A stretch of DNA of 35,198 nt from an uncultured Rhodothermales bacterium (lineage in GTDB: Bacteria; Bacteroidota; Rhodothermia; Rhodothermales; BA12): contig CBDUBO010000001.1 of NCBI GenBank assembly GCA_965365405.1, positions 1-35,198 on the forward strand, in the 5' to 3' direction. Positions 17,120 through 26,900 of the stretch are shown in pieces. The notes beneath the pieces are model-generated. The model saw nothing but the letters and a program-made list of their open reading frames with translations, ran no database searches and had not been told where the DNA came from. The number at the start of each line of letters is the position of its first letter. The first letter of the stretch is position 1. The position numbers and the translations under genes were made by a program.

Positions 17120-17539
17120 ATGCACACCTACGAATCCCTTCAGGTTGGTGACGCCTTCACCGTCACGCGTTTCATGTCGGATGAGGACGTGCGACTGTTT
17201 GCCCAGGTCTCCGGCGATGACAACCCCATTCACCTCGACCCGGAATATGCGGCCACGCACGCACCGGGCGGCAAGCCCATCGTGCATGGCGTGCTGCTAC
17301 TGAGCATCGTGTCGAAGGTACTGGGGCGCGACTTTCCAGGTGCGGGCAGCGTAGCCGTCTCCATTTCCGCCAAATTCCTGCGCCCCGTTCCCGTCAACTC
17401 GGAGATCAAAGTGGAAGTGCAGGTTTCGGAAAAGATCGAACGCTTCCGGCACGTCAAAATGAAAGTGTTCGTCTATTACAACGGCAAGATGGCCGTGGGT
17501 GGTGAAGCGGTGCTGATCCCGCCCACCGAGAGGACCTGA
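17120..17539 (+). CDS. MaoC-like (R)-specific enoyl-CoA hydratase, single hot-dog fold
   Basis: 139 aa. Hydratase-2 motif FAQVSGDDNPIHLDPEYA...PIVHGVLL is present. Confidence 0.9.
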   Translation: MHTYESLQVGDAFTVTRFMSDEDVRLFAQVSGDDNPIHLDPEYAATHAPGGKPIVHGVLLLSIVSKVLGRDFPGAGSVAVSISAKFLRPVPVNSEIKVEVQVSEKIERFRHVKMKVFVYYNGKMAVGGEAVLIPPTERT

Positions 17540-17541
17540 CT

Positions 17542-19014
17542 TCAGCGCACGATTTTGATGCGTTTGCCAGCAGGAATGGTCTCGTTGACCGATACCTGAT
17601 TGGCGATGGCCAGATCTTGTGCGGTAATCTTGAAAGGCAGCGTCGCAGGCAAAAGCGACTGGAACGACGTGGCGCGAGGCACCTGCACGACATCTATGCG
17701 GGCGGGCTGCACTTCCAGCGCCCTGCGGTCGGTAAGCGTGCGGAAGCTCCGGATAAGCGCCAGGAATTGCGGCCGGTGTGTGTCGTAAGCCTGGACGGTC
17801 GTGATGCCCATGATGCGGTAGACGCGCCCGCCATATTCGATGAAGTAGGCCAGCAAGGCCAGCGGGCCCTGCTCGGTTTGGGCCTGTCCGAGTACGAAGG
17901 CGGCACTCATACCATTGAAGCGGTCCGTGCCGCTGTCAGCCACCTGAAAGCCTTCCTGGCTGCCGAAGGCGCGGGCCGCGGCCTGGGCAGACTGTTCTTG
18001 CGCAAACTCCAGCAGCAGGTAGGCACGCCCATTACCCTCCACGATGGCTACCCGCGATGCCTCGTTGGAGACCTGATAGCCACTCGGCAGGTCGAACTGA
18101 AACTTCAGTTCTGGGTGTAGAAACGTTCCGCTCTCCACGTACCCGTTGCGGGGGTTTTCGCCAAACACGACGCCCTCCAGCTGCGCCATCATCTCCTCTG
18201 TCCCCACTTTCGTGGTCTGCGCCCGGCTCCGCCATTCTTCTGCAAGCTGCCGGATCGTTTGACTACGTTCGCCGGGGTCGGGATGTGAGGACTGCCACGT
18301 GGGCAGTGCCCGTCCGCTTTCTGCCTGGATGCGGGAGAGGACGTTGAAAAATTCCGCGCCTTCCTCAACAGCATATCCTGCTAGTGCGGCGTACTCGGTG
18401 CCCCATCGGTCGGACTCGCGCTCGTCCTCGCGGCCGTACTTGAGCAGCAGCAGCTGGGCTGCCTGCCCACCGAGCCCCAGGATGTTCTCAGCCGCGCTTC
18501 CACCGAGCAACGTTTGCCCCAGCAGTGCGCCGCCAAGCAGCAGATACTGGGAACGTTGCGCTTCGTATGCCTGGCGCGCTGCGTGTTGGCGAGCGATGTG
18601 TGTGATCTCGTGGCCCAGCACCATTGCCAGCTGTGCCTCGTTCTCGCAGTGCGCCAGCAGGCCGCGTGTCACATAGACGAACCCTCCGGGCAGTGCGAAG
18701 GCATTGACCACAGGGCTGTCAAGCACACGGAACGTGAACGGGGTGTTGCGGACTTCCGCTGGCGCTTCCGCCCGGCGTAGATGGCTCTGCGCCAGTACCC
18801 GCTGCCCCACCTCGTTGACGTACCGGCTCAGCGCTTCGTCGTCGTATAGGCCAAACTGGGCCAGGATTTGCGGGTCGGAGGACTGGCCGATCTGTACTTG
18901 CTGGTTCCAGTCGTAGCCAAAAGCTTTCTTGTTGCCCGTCACCAAGTCTCTGGAAACGGACGCGCACCCTGCGATGAGCATCAGGGCGAGAACGGAAAAA
19001 GCAAAACGTTTCAT
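17542..19014 (-). CDS. M48-family zinc metallopeptidase lipoprotein with a long C-terminal extension
   Basis: HExxH motif in MVLGHEITHIARQH. ATG 19014 yields the lipoprotein signal MKRFAFSVLALMLIAGC; alternatives are ATG 19023 and the ORF-track start 19083. About 250 aa follow the peptidase domain. Confidence 0.9.
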   Translation of the reverse strand: MKRFAFSVLALMLIAGCASVSRDLVTGNKKAFGYDWNQQVQIGQSSDPQILAQFGLYDDEALSRYVNEVGQRVLAQSHLRRAEAPAEVRNTPFTFRVLDSPVVNAFALPGGFVYVTRGLLAHCENEAQLAMVLGHEITHIARQHAARQAYEAQRSQYLLLGGALLGQTLLGGSAAENILGLGGQAAQLLLLKYGREDERESDRWGTEYAALAGYAVEEGAEFFNVLSRIQAESGRALPTWQSSHPDPGERSQTIRQLAEEWRSRAQTTKVGTEEMMAQLEGVVFGENPRNGYVESGTFLHPELKFQFDLPSGYQVSNEASRVAIVEGNGRAYLLLEFAQEQSAQAAARAFGSQEGFQVADSGTDRFNGMSAAFVLGQAQTEQGPLALLAYFIEYGGRVYRIMGITTVQAYDTHRPQFLALIRSFRTLTDRRALEVQPARIDVVQVPRATSFQSLLPATLPFKITAQDLAIANQVSVNETIPAGKRIKIVR

Positions 19015-19079
19015 GTGAAACATCGAGGCGGGAGGTTTTGATAGGGCGAAGTAACAAAACCCGCTCTCGCTCCGCGTGC

Positions 19080-20222
19080 TCAAGGCGCCTCCGTGACGGG
19101 AGCTTTACGCAACGATTCGGTAAGCCTCACCGCTGCGTGCTCCCCGGTGTCAAATGAGAGAGCCCCGCCAAACAGATCCGGCGCAGTGTGCGTGATGAAC
19201 GTCTGCCCCACTTCGGGTGAGAGCAGCAGTTGCGCAAGTAACTCCGTCCTAGAAGCATCGAGGCTGCCGAAAAGATCGTCCAGCAGCAAAAGGGGCATTT
19301 GCTCGGCGCGGTCGCGAAGGTAGAAAAACTGCGCCAACCGCAGTGCGATGCCGAACGTGCGGTGCTGCCCCTGAGAGGCGTAGCGGCGCACCTCCATGCC
19401 GTCGAGGTAAAATGTGAGGTCGTCTCGGTGTGGGCCTACAAGCGTTCTACCGCTCTCCAGTTCTCGCCGGCGGACGCGAGCAAATCGGGCAACAAGGGCT
19501 TCTTCTGCAGAGAGTCCCTCGGCAGCCTCGCCTGCCTGATCGTAGGTGAACGTGGGGACTTCCACGGCCTCTCCAAGGGCCTGATACGCCTGGTCGAGGT
19601 AGCCTGTTAGCCGCGCCATCGCCTCCAAGCGCGCCGTTACGATGCGCGTCCCAAGTGCCACGAGTTCCTCTGTCCAGGAGTCGAGTAGGGCGTCGGGCCC
19701 TCCACGCCTGCGGCGTAGCCCGTTGAGCAATTCGTTGCGCTGCCGGAGAGCGCGGTTGTAGCGCAACAGGTCGGCCAGATATACAGGATGCGCCTGACTG
19801 AGCAGGTTGTTGAGAAACTTGCGGCGCTCCTCGGGCGGCCCTGCGGTCAAGAGGTAGTCGTGCGGGGCCATTAGCACGACAGGCACGCGCCCGATGGCAT
19901 CAGCCAGCGTTTCGAGAGGAGCGCCGTTTACAGATACCTGCTTGCCCGTACCCGGGGTGAATCGCAGCCTGAGCTTGAACGCCCCCCGGTGTTCTCCCTC
20001 GAAGCTTCCTCCAATCTCGAAATGCGATGCTCCCTTGCGCATCGCATACGTGTCTGAACTGGTGAGAAAGCTTTTGGTGAGTGCGATGTAATGGAGTGCC
20101 TCCAACAGGTTGGTCTTGCCCACCCCGTTGGGTCCGCTGATGAGGTTGATACGGGGGGCGAAGGCAAACGAGGCCTCCGTGTAGGAGCGAAAAGATTTGA
20201 GCGAAAGAGAGAGGCAGCGCAC
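19080..20222 (-). CDS. recF: DNA replication and repair protein RecF
   Basis: 380 aa: MRCLSLSLKSFRSY, Walker A GPNGVGKTNLLEA, RRKFLNNLL, YNRALRQRNELL, ASQGQHRT, Walker B LLLLDDLFGSLD. Confidence 0.95.
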   Translation of the reverse strand: MRCLSLSLKSFRSYTEASFAFAPRINLISGPNGVGKTNLLEALHYIALTKSFLTSSDTYAMRKGASHFEIGGSFEGEHRGAFKLRLRFTPGTGKQVSVNGAPLETLADAIGRVPVVLMAPHDYLLTAGPPEERRKFLNNLLSQAHPVYLADLLRYNRALRQRNELLNGLRRRRGGPDALLDSWTEELVALGTRIVTARLEAMARLTGYLDQAYQALGEAVEVPTFTYDQAGEAAEGLSAEEALVARFARVRRRELESGRTLVGPHRDDLTFYLDGMEVRRYASQGQHRTFGIALRLAQFFYLRDRAEQMPLLLLDDLFGSLDASRTELLAQLLLSPEVGQTFITHTAPDLFGGALSFDTGEHAAVRLTESLRKAPVTEAP

Positions 20223-20291
20223 GAGAGCACGTCGAAAATGAGGAGGCTATACGCACGGGCTGCCGATGCACTCCCGCACATGAGGGCGTCG

Positions 20292-20299
20292 TAAGTTTG
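20292..20299 (+). promoter_or_regulatory. Candidate Bacteroidota-type -7 promoter box (TAnnTTTG) for the CHAT-murQ unit
   Basis: Exact TAAGTTTG, with 23 nt between it and GTG 20323, inside the 100-nt recF/CHAT divergent intergenic region. Confidence 0.4.
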
Positions 20300-20322
20300 T
20301 TGCCAACCCAACTCCTCGTACT

Positions 20323-22941
20323 GTGACGACGCTGCTGATGCTGCTGATGCTAACTGCCCCGCAGGCCGATTGCGCGCCCGCACAGCAAGCCGCAGCAGCT
20401 GCCTACGCCGGGGCGCGCACAGAGGCTGTTGCTCTGGAAGAAGCCCTGCATGCGCTGAGAACAGCCAGCACGTGCCTTCTGGCAAAGGGGGATACGGCCG
20501 AGGCGGCCATGACGCACGTCCAGGAGATTTACCTGCTCTCCATTGACGGACAAGCGCAGCCCTACCAGACCTCCATCGACGAGTTCTTCGCTACGTTCGA
20601 GCCGCACCATCAGCTCGCACGCTATACCTATGTGATGCGCAAACAGGCCATGCTTGACGCAGCGCGGGGCAATGCCGTCTCGGCCTTTGCCACCCTGAAC
20701 AGGTGCCTGCTGATGACGCCGCGTACGTGGCCGCGAGAACGCGCCGAAACACACCTGCGTCTGGCCGAACTGTATCGCTGGCACAACCAGTATCATGATG
20801 CCGCCCAGCATCTGAGAACCGCGCGCAGCCTGATTGACCGGCACTTGACCGGAGCGGATCGCGAACGCCAGCGCGTCCGCGCCCTCATCAACTTGTCGGA
20901 AATGCTGTTGCAGTGGTATGCCCTGGAAGACGTGGGGACTGCGGTGTTGCAAGAAGCACGGGAAGCGGCGCAAGAGGCCTTCTCCCTCCGCGCCTACGCG
21001 TCCGCTTCGGATCAGGTGCATGTGTACCACCTCCTCGGAGACGTGCTGACTTATGCTGGCGAAACCGAACAGGCAGCGGAGCTGCTGGCCACTGCAGTAC
21101 GGGAAAACACAGGGGGTGAGCAGTACGAGTACATGATGGCGCAATACCGGCTGGGCCGCAACCGCCTGCGGAGCGGCCGTCTCGATGCTGCCCGAGCCGC
21201 CCTCGAAGCCGCCTATCAGGCCGCCCTCCAGCAGAGTGACCTGACGTGGGCCCGCCGCATTCGCCACGACCAGGGGCGTCTCGAGGTGCGGGCCGGGGCG
21301 CTCGCCCGCGCCAAGATGCATTACCGTGACGCTATTTCGCTGGTCGAGGACCTGCGTGCGGAAATCGGCACCTCGGAATGGGCAGCCTCCTCAGTAAGCG
21401 ACTGGCAGGCCCCGTATCGGGGTCTTGCCCGCACCCTGTTGGCGCAGGACAGCGTGCAGGCCGCGTTGGAAGTGCTGGAGCAATCACGGGCGCGGCATCT
21501 GCTGGCGCTGCGCGCCCGTCTCACGCGCTTGGGAAGCCTGAGCACCTCCGAGGCAGCCATGGCCGACAGTCTGATGGCGGCGCTCTCCAGCGTGCGAAAT
21601 GCCTTACAAAGCGCCACGCCTGAGGAAGCAGTGGGGTTACACGCCGAGACCGCCGCCCTGCAAGCCCGACTCAACACACTCGTCGGCCCTCCGCCTCCCC
21701 GCACGGCCCTCGACCTTCCCGCGCTTCAGGAGAGCTTGCAGGCCGAAAACCGAACGGTGCTTTACTACGTGCTCGACCGCGAAGACCGCCTGTTTGCCGA
21801 CGAGCACCTGGCGTATGCCTTTCTCATCGGCCCTGACACCCTGCACGTTGTGCATCTGAGCGCCCTTCCCGAGCAGATCGCAGCCAACGTGCTGGCCGTG
21901 GCTCCGGCGCTTCGCAGCGATAGTCTGGCAACCGGCAGTAGTGCCACAGCCTTCTCTCTCGACGCCCTCCACAGGCTTCACCAGGCACTTTTAGAACCCT
22001 TCGAGGGCTTGCTCCCCCGCAATGCTCCCCTCACCATCGTCCCCGACGGCGCGTTGTTCGCACTTCCCTTCGCCGCCCTCGTGACGCAACCGGTGGGACG
22101 CTTCGCCTACACCCAGGCCGACTATCTGGGCACCCACCACGCCATTACGACCGATCTGTCGTTGCGCACCGCCCTCCCCCGACAGTTACGCCCTGGCACG
22201 CTCGATTTGCTCGCGGTGGGCAAACGCCGGTTCAAAGAAGCAGGCCTCGTCTCGCTGCCGGGTGTCGGGCGCGAGGTAGAGATGGTGACAGATGCCTTTG
22301 GCCACACACGCACACTGTTGGACAGCCGTGCCACGGAAGCCGCCTTCGAGCACGAGGCGGCGCGCAGCCGCGCTATTCACTTTGCCACACATGCCCGTCT
22401 CAACGCATCAGGGCCGCTCTACCACGCGCTCGTGCTGACGGCTGCCGATGGCTCGGATGCCCTACTGCACCTGCACGAAATCGAACAGATGAACTTGCAG
22501 ACCGAACTCGTCACCCTCAGCGGGTGCAATACGGCACGCGGAACGGTAAACGCGGGCGAAGGCATGGCCGGCCTCCAGTATGCCTTCCGCGCGGTCGGAG
22601 CGCGCAGCACGGTTTCGACGCTCTGGAATCTGAGCGACGATGCGGGCCCAGAGCTATTTGGCACCTTCTACACCCTCCTCGCTACCGGACTCGCCAAGGA
22701 CGTGGCGCTTCAGCAGGCCCAGCAGGCCTACCGGCAGGCCCATCCGGGAGCCTCTCCGTTTTTCTGGGCTTCGCCCGTGCTCTACGGCGCACCGGACGCT
22801 TTTCCTGCCTCACAAGCCGCAGCCCTTCCAGGCTGGCCGCTCTTTCTTGCCATCGGCCTCATCTTGCTGGGCCTGCTGGCCTGGGCAGGCCGCCACCTCT
22901 TCAAGTTTCCTACCCGCTATGCAGCCCAGCCCCCTGTTTGA
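20323..22941 (+). CDS. TPR-repeat / CHAT-domain (caspase-fold, clan CD) protease with an N-terminal hydrophobic segment and a C-terminal TM anchor
   Basis: GTG 20323; in-frame ATGs at 20338 and 20347 are alternative starts. Helical TPR-like repeats span aa ~30-400. The CHAT core spans aa ~565-823, with the His/Cys dyad in AIHFATHARL (His690, nt 22390-22392) and TLSGCNTARG (Cys735, nt 22525-22527). C-terminal helix: WPLFLAIGLILLGLLAWAG (aa ~838-856). Confidence 0.85.
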   Translation: MTTLLMLLMLTAPQADCAPAQQAAAAAYAGARTEAVALEEALHALRTASTCLLAKGDTAEAAMTHVQEIYLLSIDGQAQPYQTSIDEFFATFEPHHQLARYTYVMRKQAMLDAARGNAVSAFATLNRCLLMTPRTWPRERAETHLRLAELYRWHNQYHDAAQHLRTARSLIDRHLTGADRERQRVRALINLSEMLLQWYALEDVGTAVLQEAREAAQEAFSLRAYASASDQVHVYHLLGDVLTYAGETEQAAELLATAVRENTGGEQYEYMMAQYRLGRNRLRSGRLDAARAALEAAYQAALQQSDLTWARRIRHDQGRLEVRAGALARAKMHYRDAISLVEDLRAEIGTSEWAASSVSDWQAPYRGLARTLLAQDSVQAALEVLEQSRARHLLALRARLTRLGSLSTSEAAMADSLMAALSSVRNALQSATPEEAVGLHAETAALQARLNTLVGPPPPRTALDLPALQESLQAENRTVLYYVLDREDRLFADEHLAYAFLIGPDTLHVVHLSALPEQIAANVLAVAPALRSDSLATGSSATAFSLDALHRLHQALLEPFEGLLPRNAPLTIVPDGALFALPFAALVTQPVGRFAYTQADYLGTHHAITTDLSLRTALPRQLRPGTLDLLAVGKRRFKEAGLVSLPGVGREVEMVTDAFGHTRTLLDSRATEAAFEHEAARSRAIHFATHARLNASGPLYHALVLTAADGSDALLHLHEIEQMNLQTELVTLSGCNTARGTVNAGEGMAGLQYAFRAVGARSTVSTLWNLSDDAGPELFGTFYTLLATGLAKDVALQQAQQAYRQAHPGASPFFWASPVLYGAPDAFPASQAAALPGWPLFLAIGLILLGLLAWAGRHLFKFPTRYAAQPPV
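20331..20348 (+). repeat. Perfect 2 x 9-bp tandem duplication (GCTGCTGAT) encoding LLMLLM in the CHAT N-terminal hydrophobic segment
   Basis: GCTGCTGAT at 20331-20339 and again at 20340-20348. Confidence 0.6.
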
Positions 22942-23851
22942 TCAGATCAAAAACCTCGCTACGGAGCAGCGTAACCCGCGCTCTACCGACATAGACAAGG
23001 CGTCGGTGCGCGAGATTCTGGAGATCATCAACACCGAAGACCACCGAGTGCCCATCGCGGTGCGGGAAGAGATTCCGTATATCGAGCAGGCCGTCGAGCG
23101 CCTCGTACATGCTTTCCAGCACGGCGGCAGGCTATTCTACGCAGGTGCCGGCACGAGTGGCAGGCTCGGTATCGTGGATGCGTCCGAGTGTCCGCCGACG
23201 TTTGGCACGCCGCCCGAGATGGTACAGGGGCTTATTGCCGGTGGGCCACAGGCCATCTTCAAGGCGCAGGAAGGGGCCGAAGACCACGAAGAGAACGGCG
23301 CGCGCGACCTGCAAGAGGCCGGCGTGAACAGTTCCGACGTGGTGTGCGGGATTGCCGCCAGCCGCCGCACGCCGTATGTGGTAGGCGCACTCAAATACGC
23401 CCGCGAGGTGGTCGGAGCCACGACGTTTTTCATCACCTGCACCCCCCGTTCCTCGCTCGACCTGCCGGTAGACGTGGCCATCTGCCCCGTCGTCGGGCCG
23501 GAGGTCGTCATGGGCTCCACGCGCATGAAAAGTGGCACGGCGCAAAAGCTTGTTCTCAACATGCTCACGACGGCGGCCATGGTGCGCATGGGCAAGACGT
23601 ACGAGAACATGATGATTGACCTGCAGATGACGAACCTGAAGCTCGTCGAGCGTGCCCGCCGCATCGTCATGACCATCACCGACGTGGACTATGCCGAGGC
23701 CAAGCGCGTGCTCGACCTCACGGACGGGCACGTCAAAACCGCCCTCGTCATGATTCTCGCGGGTGTCACAAAAGAGGAGGCACAGCAGCGGATCAAGGCC
23801 GCAGGCGGTTTCGTCCGATACGCGATTTCCGGGGAGACGGGAGGCGTGTAG
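22919..23851 (+). CDS. murQ: N-acetylmuramic acid 6-phosphate etherase
   Basis: ATG 22919 (MQPSPLFDQIKNLATEQRNPRSTDIDKAS...). SIS-domain core GGRLFYAGAGTSGRLGIVDASECPPTFG, then GSTRMKSGTAQKLVLNMLTT. It overlaps the CHAT gene's 3' end by 23 nt. The ORF-track start at 22640 is rejected. Confidence 0.95.
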   Translation: MQPSPLFDQIKNLATEQRNPRSTDIDKASVREILEIINTEDHRVPIAVREEIPYIEQAVERLVHAFQHGGRLFYAGAGTSGRLGIVDASECPPTFGTPPEMVQGLIAGGPQAIFKAQEGAEDHEENGARDLQEAGVNSSDVVCGIAASRRTPYVVGALKYAREVVGATTFFITCTPRSSLDLPVDVAICPVVGPEVVMGSTRMKSGTAQKLVLNMLTTAAMVRMGKTYENMMIDLQMTNLKLVERARRIVMTITDVDYAEAKRVLDLTDGHVKTALVMILAGVTKEEAQQRIKAAGGFVRYAISGETGGV

Positions 23852-23984
23852 TCGATGCGGAGCAGGCGTGCTGCCCGCTCTGACGCGGCACGTAGAGGCC
23901 CGGGGTTGCTCTGATTTACAGCCCTTCAGCCAAGCCAAGCCCTACCCCGTCGCCCTCGCCTGCCCGACTTTCCTCCGCCTGCCC

Positions 23985-26900
23985 GTGACCCTCCGCGACG
24001 CCTACCGCCGGCTGCTTTCTACGACCTCGTTCGCCAGCCTCCGCGACACGCTCGGCACGTCCGTCCGCACCATTCACGTGCGCGAGGCCGCCGGGTCAGC
24101 CCCCGCCTTCATAGTAGCCGGACTGGTGGCACGGGGCGCCGCCCCGTTGGCTGTGTGCCTGTTGCCGGAAGAGGACGCCGCCCGCTACCTGCTGGGAGAC
24201 CTGGAGCAGCTCGTAGCGGCAGGTGTGCGCATCCTTCACCTGCCCCCTTCCGGCCTTCACCCCTACGACGAAGAGCACGTGCCCGACACGCGGGCGCTGG
24301 TAGAACGCTCCGAGACGTTGCAGCAACTCGCAGACGGCTTCAGCGGGGTCCTCGTCGTCAGTGCCGAGGCGCTTTACGAGCGCGTGGCCTCGCAGCAGCA
24401 CGTGGAAAAAGAGGCCACCCGCCTGAAAGTGGGGCAGACGATAGACCTGCAAGCCCTTCTCGCGCGGCTCGAAGGGCAGGGATTTCAGCGAACCGAGTTT
24501 GTCGAAGCACCCGGCGAACTTGCCGTGCGCGGCGGCTTGCTGGACGTATATCCGTACGCGGGCGATTACCCCGTGCGCATTGAGCTGTTCGGCGACGAGA
24601 TAGACTCCATCCGCGAGTTCGACCCCACCACGCAGCGTTCGGTGAGCCGGCTGGAAACCACGCGCCTGCTACCCAACCTCGACGTGCAACACGGACGCGG
24701 TGAAGCCACATCGCTGTTTGCCCACCTGCCTGAAGACGTGCTCTTCGTCACGTTCGACGAATCGCGCGTCGTCGAAAACGTGGGTAAGCTGCACGATGCG
24801 GCGGCAGAGGCCTACGCCGCCGGCACCAGCCCCCACCGCCCGCACCCCGACACCCTCTACCTCACCCGCTCCGAGGTGGAAGCGGCGCTGCGCAAACGTC
24901 GGCGCGTGCTGTTCGGACTCCCGGATGTGCAAGCCGAACAGGTACTGGCTTTTGGCGCGGGACCACAGCCGCCCTTCAACGCCAAAATGGAGCCGCTCCG
25001 GCAGGACCTGGCTGCAAAGGCTGCGCAAGACCTTCTCGTCAGCATCCTGTGCGACACTGCCGGGCAGCGCGCCCGCCTGGCCGACCTGCTGGAGAAATCG
25101 CTTGAAGCAGGACAGGTAGAAATTGAAAACGCCACGCTGCACGAAGGCTTCGTGCTGGCAGAGGCAGGCTTCGCCCTCTACACCGACCATCAGATCTTCA
25201 ACCGCTACCACCGCCCTACTTCCCACCGAAGCCGGCAGCGGGTGGGTGGCCTCAGCCTACGCGACCTCCAGAACCTCACCCCGGGCGACTTTGTCGTCCA
25301 CATCGACCACGGCATCGGCAAGTTTGCGGGGATGCAGACCATCACCGTCCGCGAAAAACAACAGGAGGCCGTTCGGCTGATCTTCGCGGGGGGCGACACC
25401 CTCTACGTAAACGTCAACGCACTCTACAAGCTGAGCCGCTTCACCAGCCAGGAAGGTCACCAGCCCCAGCTTACCAAGCTCGGATCGGGGGCGTGGGAAA
25501 GGACGAAGGCGCGCACCAAGAAGCGCGTCAAAGACATCGCGCGCGACCTCATCGCGCTCTACGCGCGCCGCCTCTCCTCCAAGGGCCATCGCTTTCCTGC
25601 CGACACCCTCTGGCAGCGCGAACTGGAGGCTTCGTTCGAGTTCGAGGACACGCCAGACCAGGCGGCGGCAGCCGAGGCCGTGAAAGAGGACATGCAGAAG
25701 CCCGTCCCGATGGACCGGCTCGTGTGCGGAGACGTGGGCTTCGGCAAGACCGAAGTGGCCGTCCGGGCAGCGTTTAAAGCGGTACAGGACGGCAAGCAGG
25801 CGTGCGTGCTCGTGCCTACCACCATCCTGGCCAAACAACACTATCAGACGTTTGTGCGCCGCCTGGCCGGCTACCCGGTGCGCATCGAGGTGCTCTCCCG
25901 CTTCCGCACAGCGACCGAGCAGCGCGATGTGCTGGCTAAACTCGCCTCGGGCGAGGTAGACATCGTCATTGGCACGCAGCGTTTGGCGTCTAAGGATATC
26001 AAGTTCAAAAACCTGGGGCTTCTCGTGCTGGATGAAGAACAGCGCTTCGGGGTAGGAGTCAAGGAGCGGCTGCGTCAACTCAGGGCCGAGGTGGACACGC
26101 TCACGCTTACCGCCACGCCCATCCCGCGCACGCTCCAATTTTCGCTGATGGGTGCACGCGACCTTTCCATCATCCGCACGCCTCCGCCTAACCGCCAGCC
26201 CATCATCACCGAGATCCACTCCTTCGATCAGAAGCTCATCCGTGATGCCATTCTGTACGAGACGAGCCGGGGTGGGCAGGTATTCTTCATCCACAACCGG
26301 GTGCAGAGCATTGACGAGATGGCGACGATGATCCAGGCCATCGTACCGGGCATCCGCGTGGTCGTGGCACACGGCCAGATGAAGGCCTCCGACCTGGAGA
26401 CGGTGATGATGGACTTCGAGGACCGCAAGTTCGACGTGCTCGTGAGCACCAACATCATCGAGAGTGGGCTTGACATCTCCAACGCGAACACCATTCTGAT
26501 CAACCACGCCGAGCGGTTCGGGCTGGCTGAAATCCACCAGCTCAGAGGCCGCGTTGGCCGTAGCGACCGCAAAGCGTACTGCTATCTACTCGTTACCTCT
26601 ATCCATGCCCTCACGCGCGAGGCGCGCCAGCGGCTTCAGGCCGTTGAGGAGTTCAGTGACCTGGGCAGCGGCTTCAACATCGCCATGCGCGACCTCGACA
26701 TCCGCGGGGCGGGCAACCTGCTGGGCGCAGAGCAGAGTGGCTTCGTGGCTGAGTTAGGCTTCGAAGCCTACCAGCGCATTCTCGAAGAAGCCGTACAGGA
26801 ACTCCGCCACGACGAATTTGCTGACCTGTTCGCCGGCCAGCCGCCCCCCCGTGCTTCTGAGACGACGCTGGATGTGGAGGAAGATGCGCTGCTCCCGGCC

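Noticed and set aside
17542-17690. LysM domain call for the C-terminal ~45 aa of the M48 peptidase
   Set aside because: Only a loose pattern match, with spacing ~3 residues longer than canonical LysM. I have not annotated it as a domain without an HMM hit.
17542-20222. RecF-like ATPase plus a protease as a possible defence pair (Gabija/Septu/OLD-like logic)
   Set aside because: The ATPase has the full canonical RecF signature set and length. It has no nuclease or TOPRIM domain, and the protease is an exported lipoprotein. I read this as housekeeping.
20323-22941. CHAT protein as a type III-E CRISPR Craspase (Csx29-like) component
   Set aside because: There are no cas genes, no repeat array and no Csx30/RpoE-like partners in the window. 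Its architecture (putative signal segment plus C-terminal TM anchor) differs from Csx29.
25257-26537. 426-aa minus-strand ORF inside mfd. Similar long antisense ORFs occur at 2018-3289, 6110-7411, 7032-8162, 20350-21321, 23132-23938 and 30566-31528.
   Set aside because: All of them lie opposite genes with strong motif support (mfd, proB, GT4s, CHAT, murQ, mnmG). They are high-GC antisense frame artefacts.
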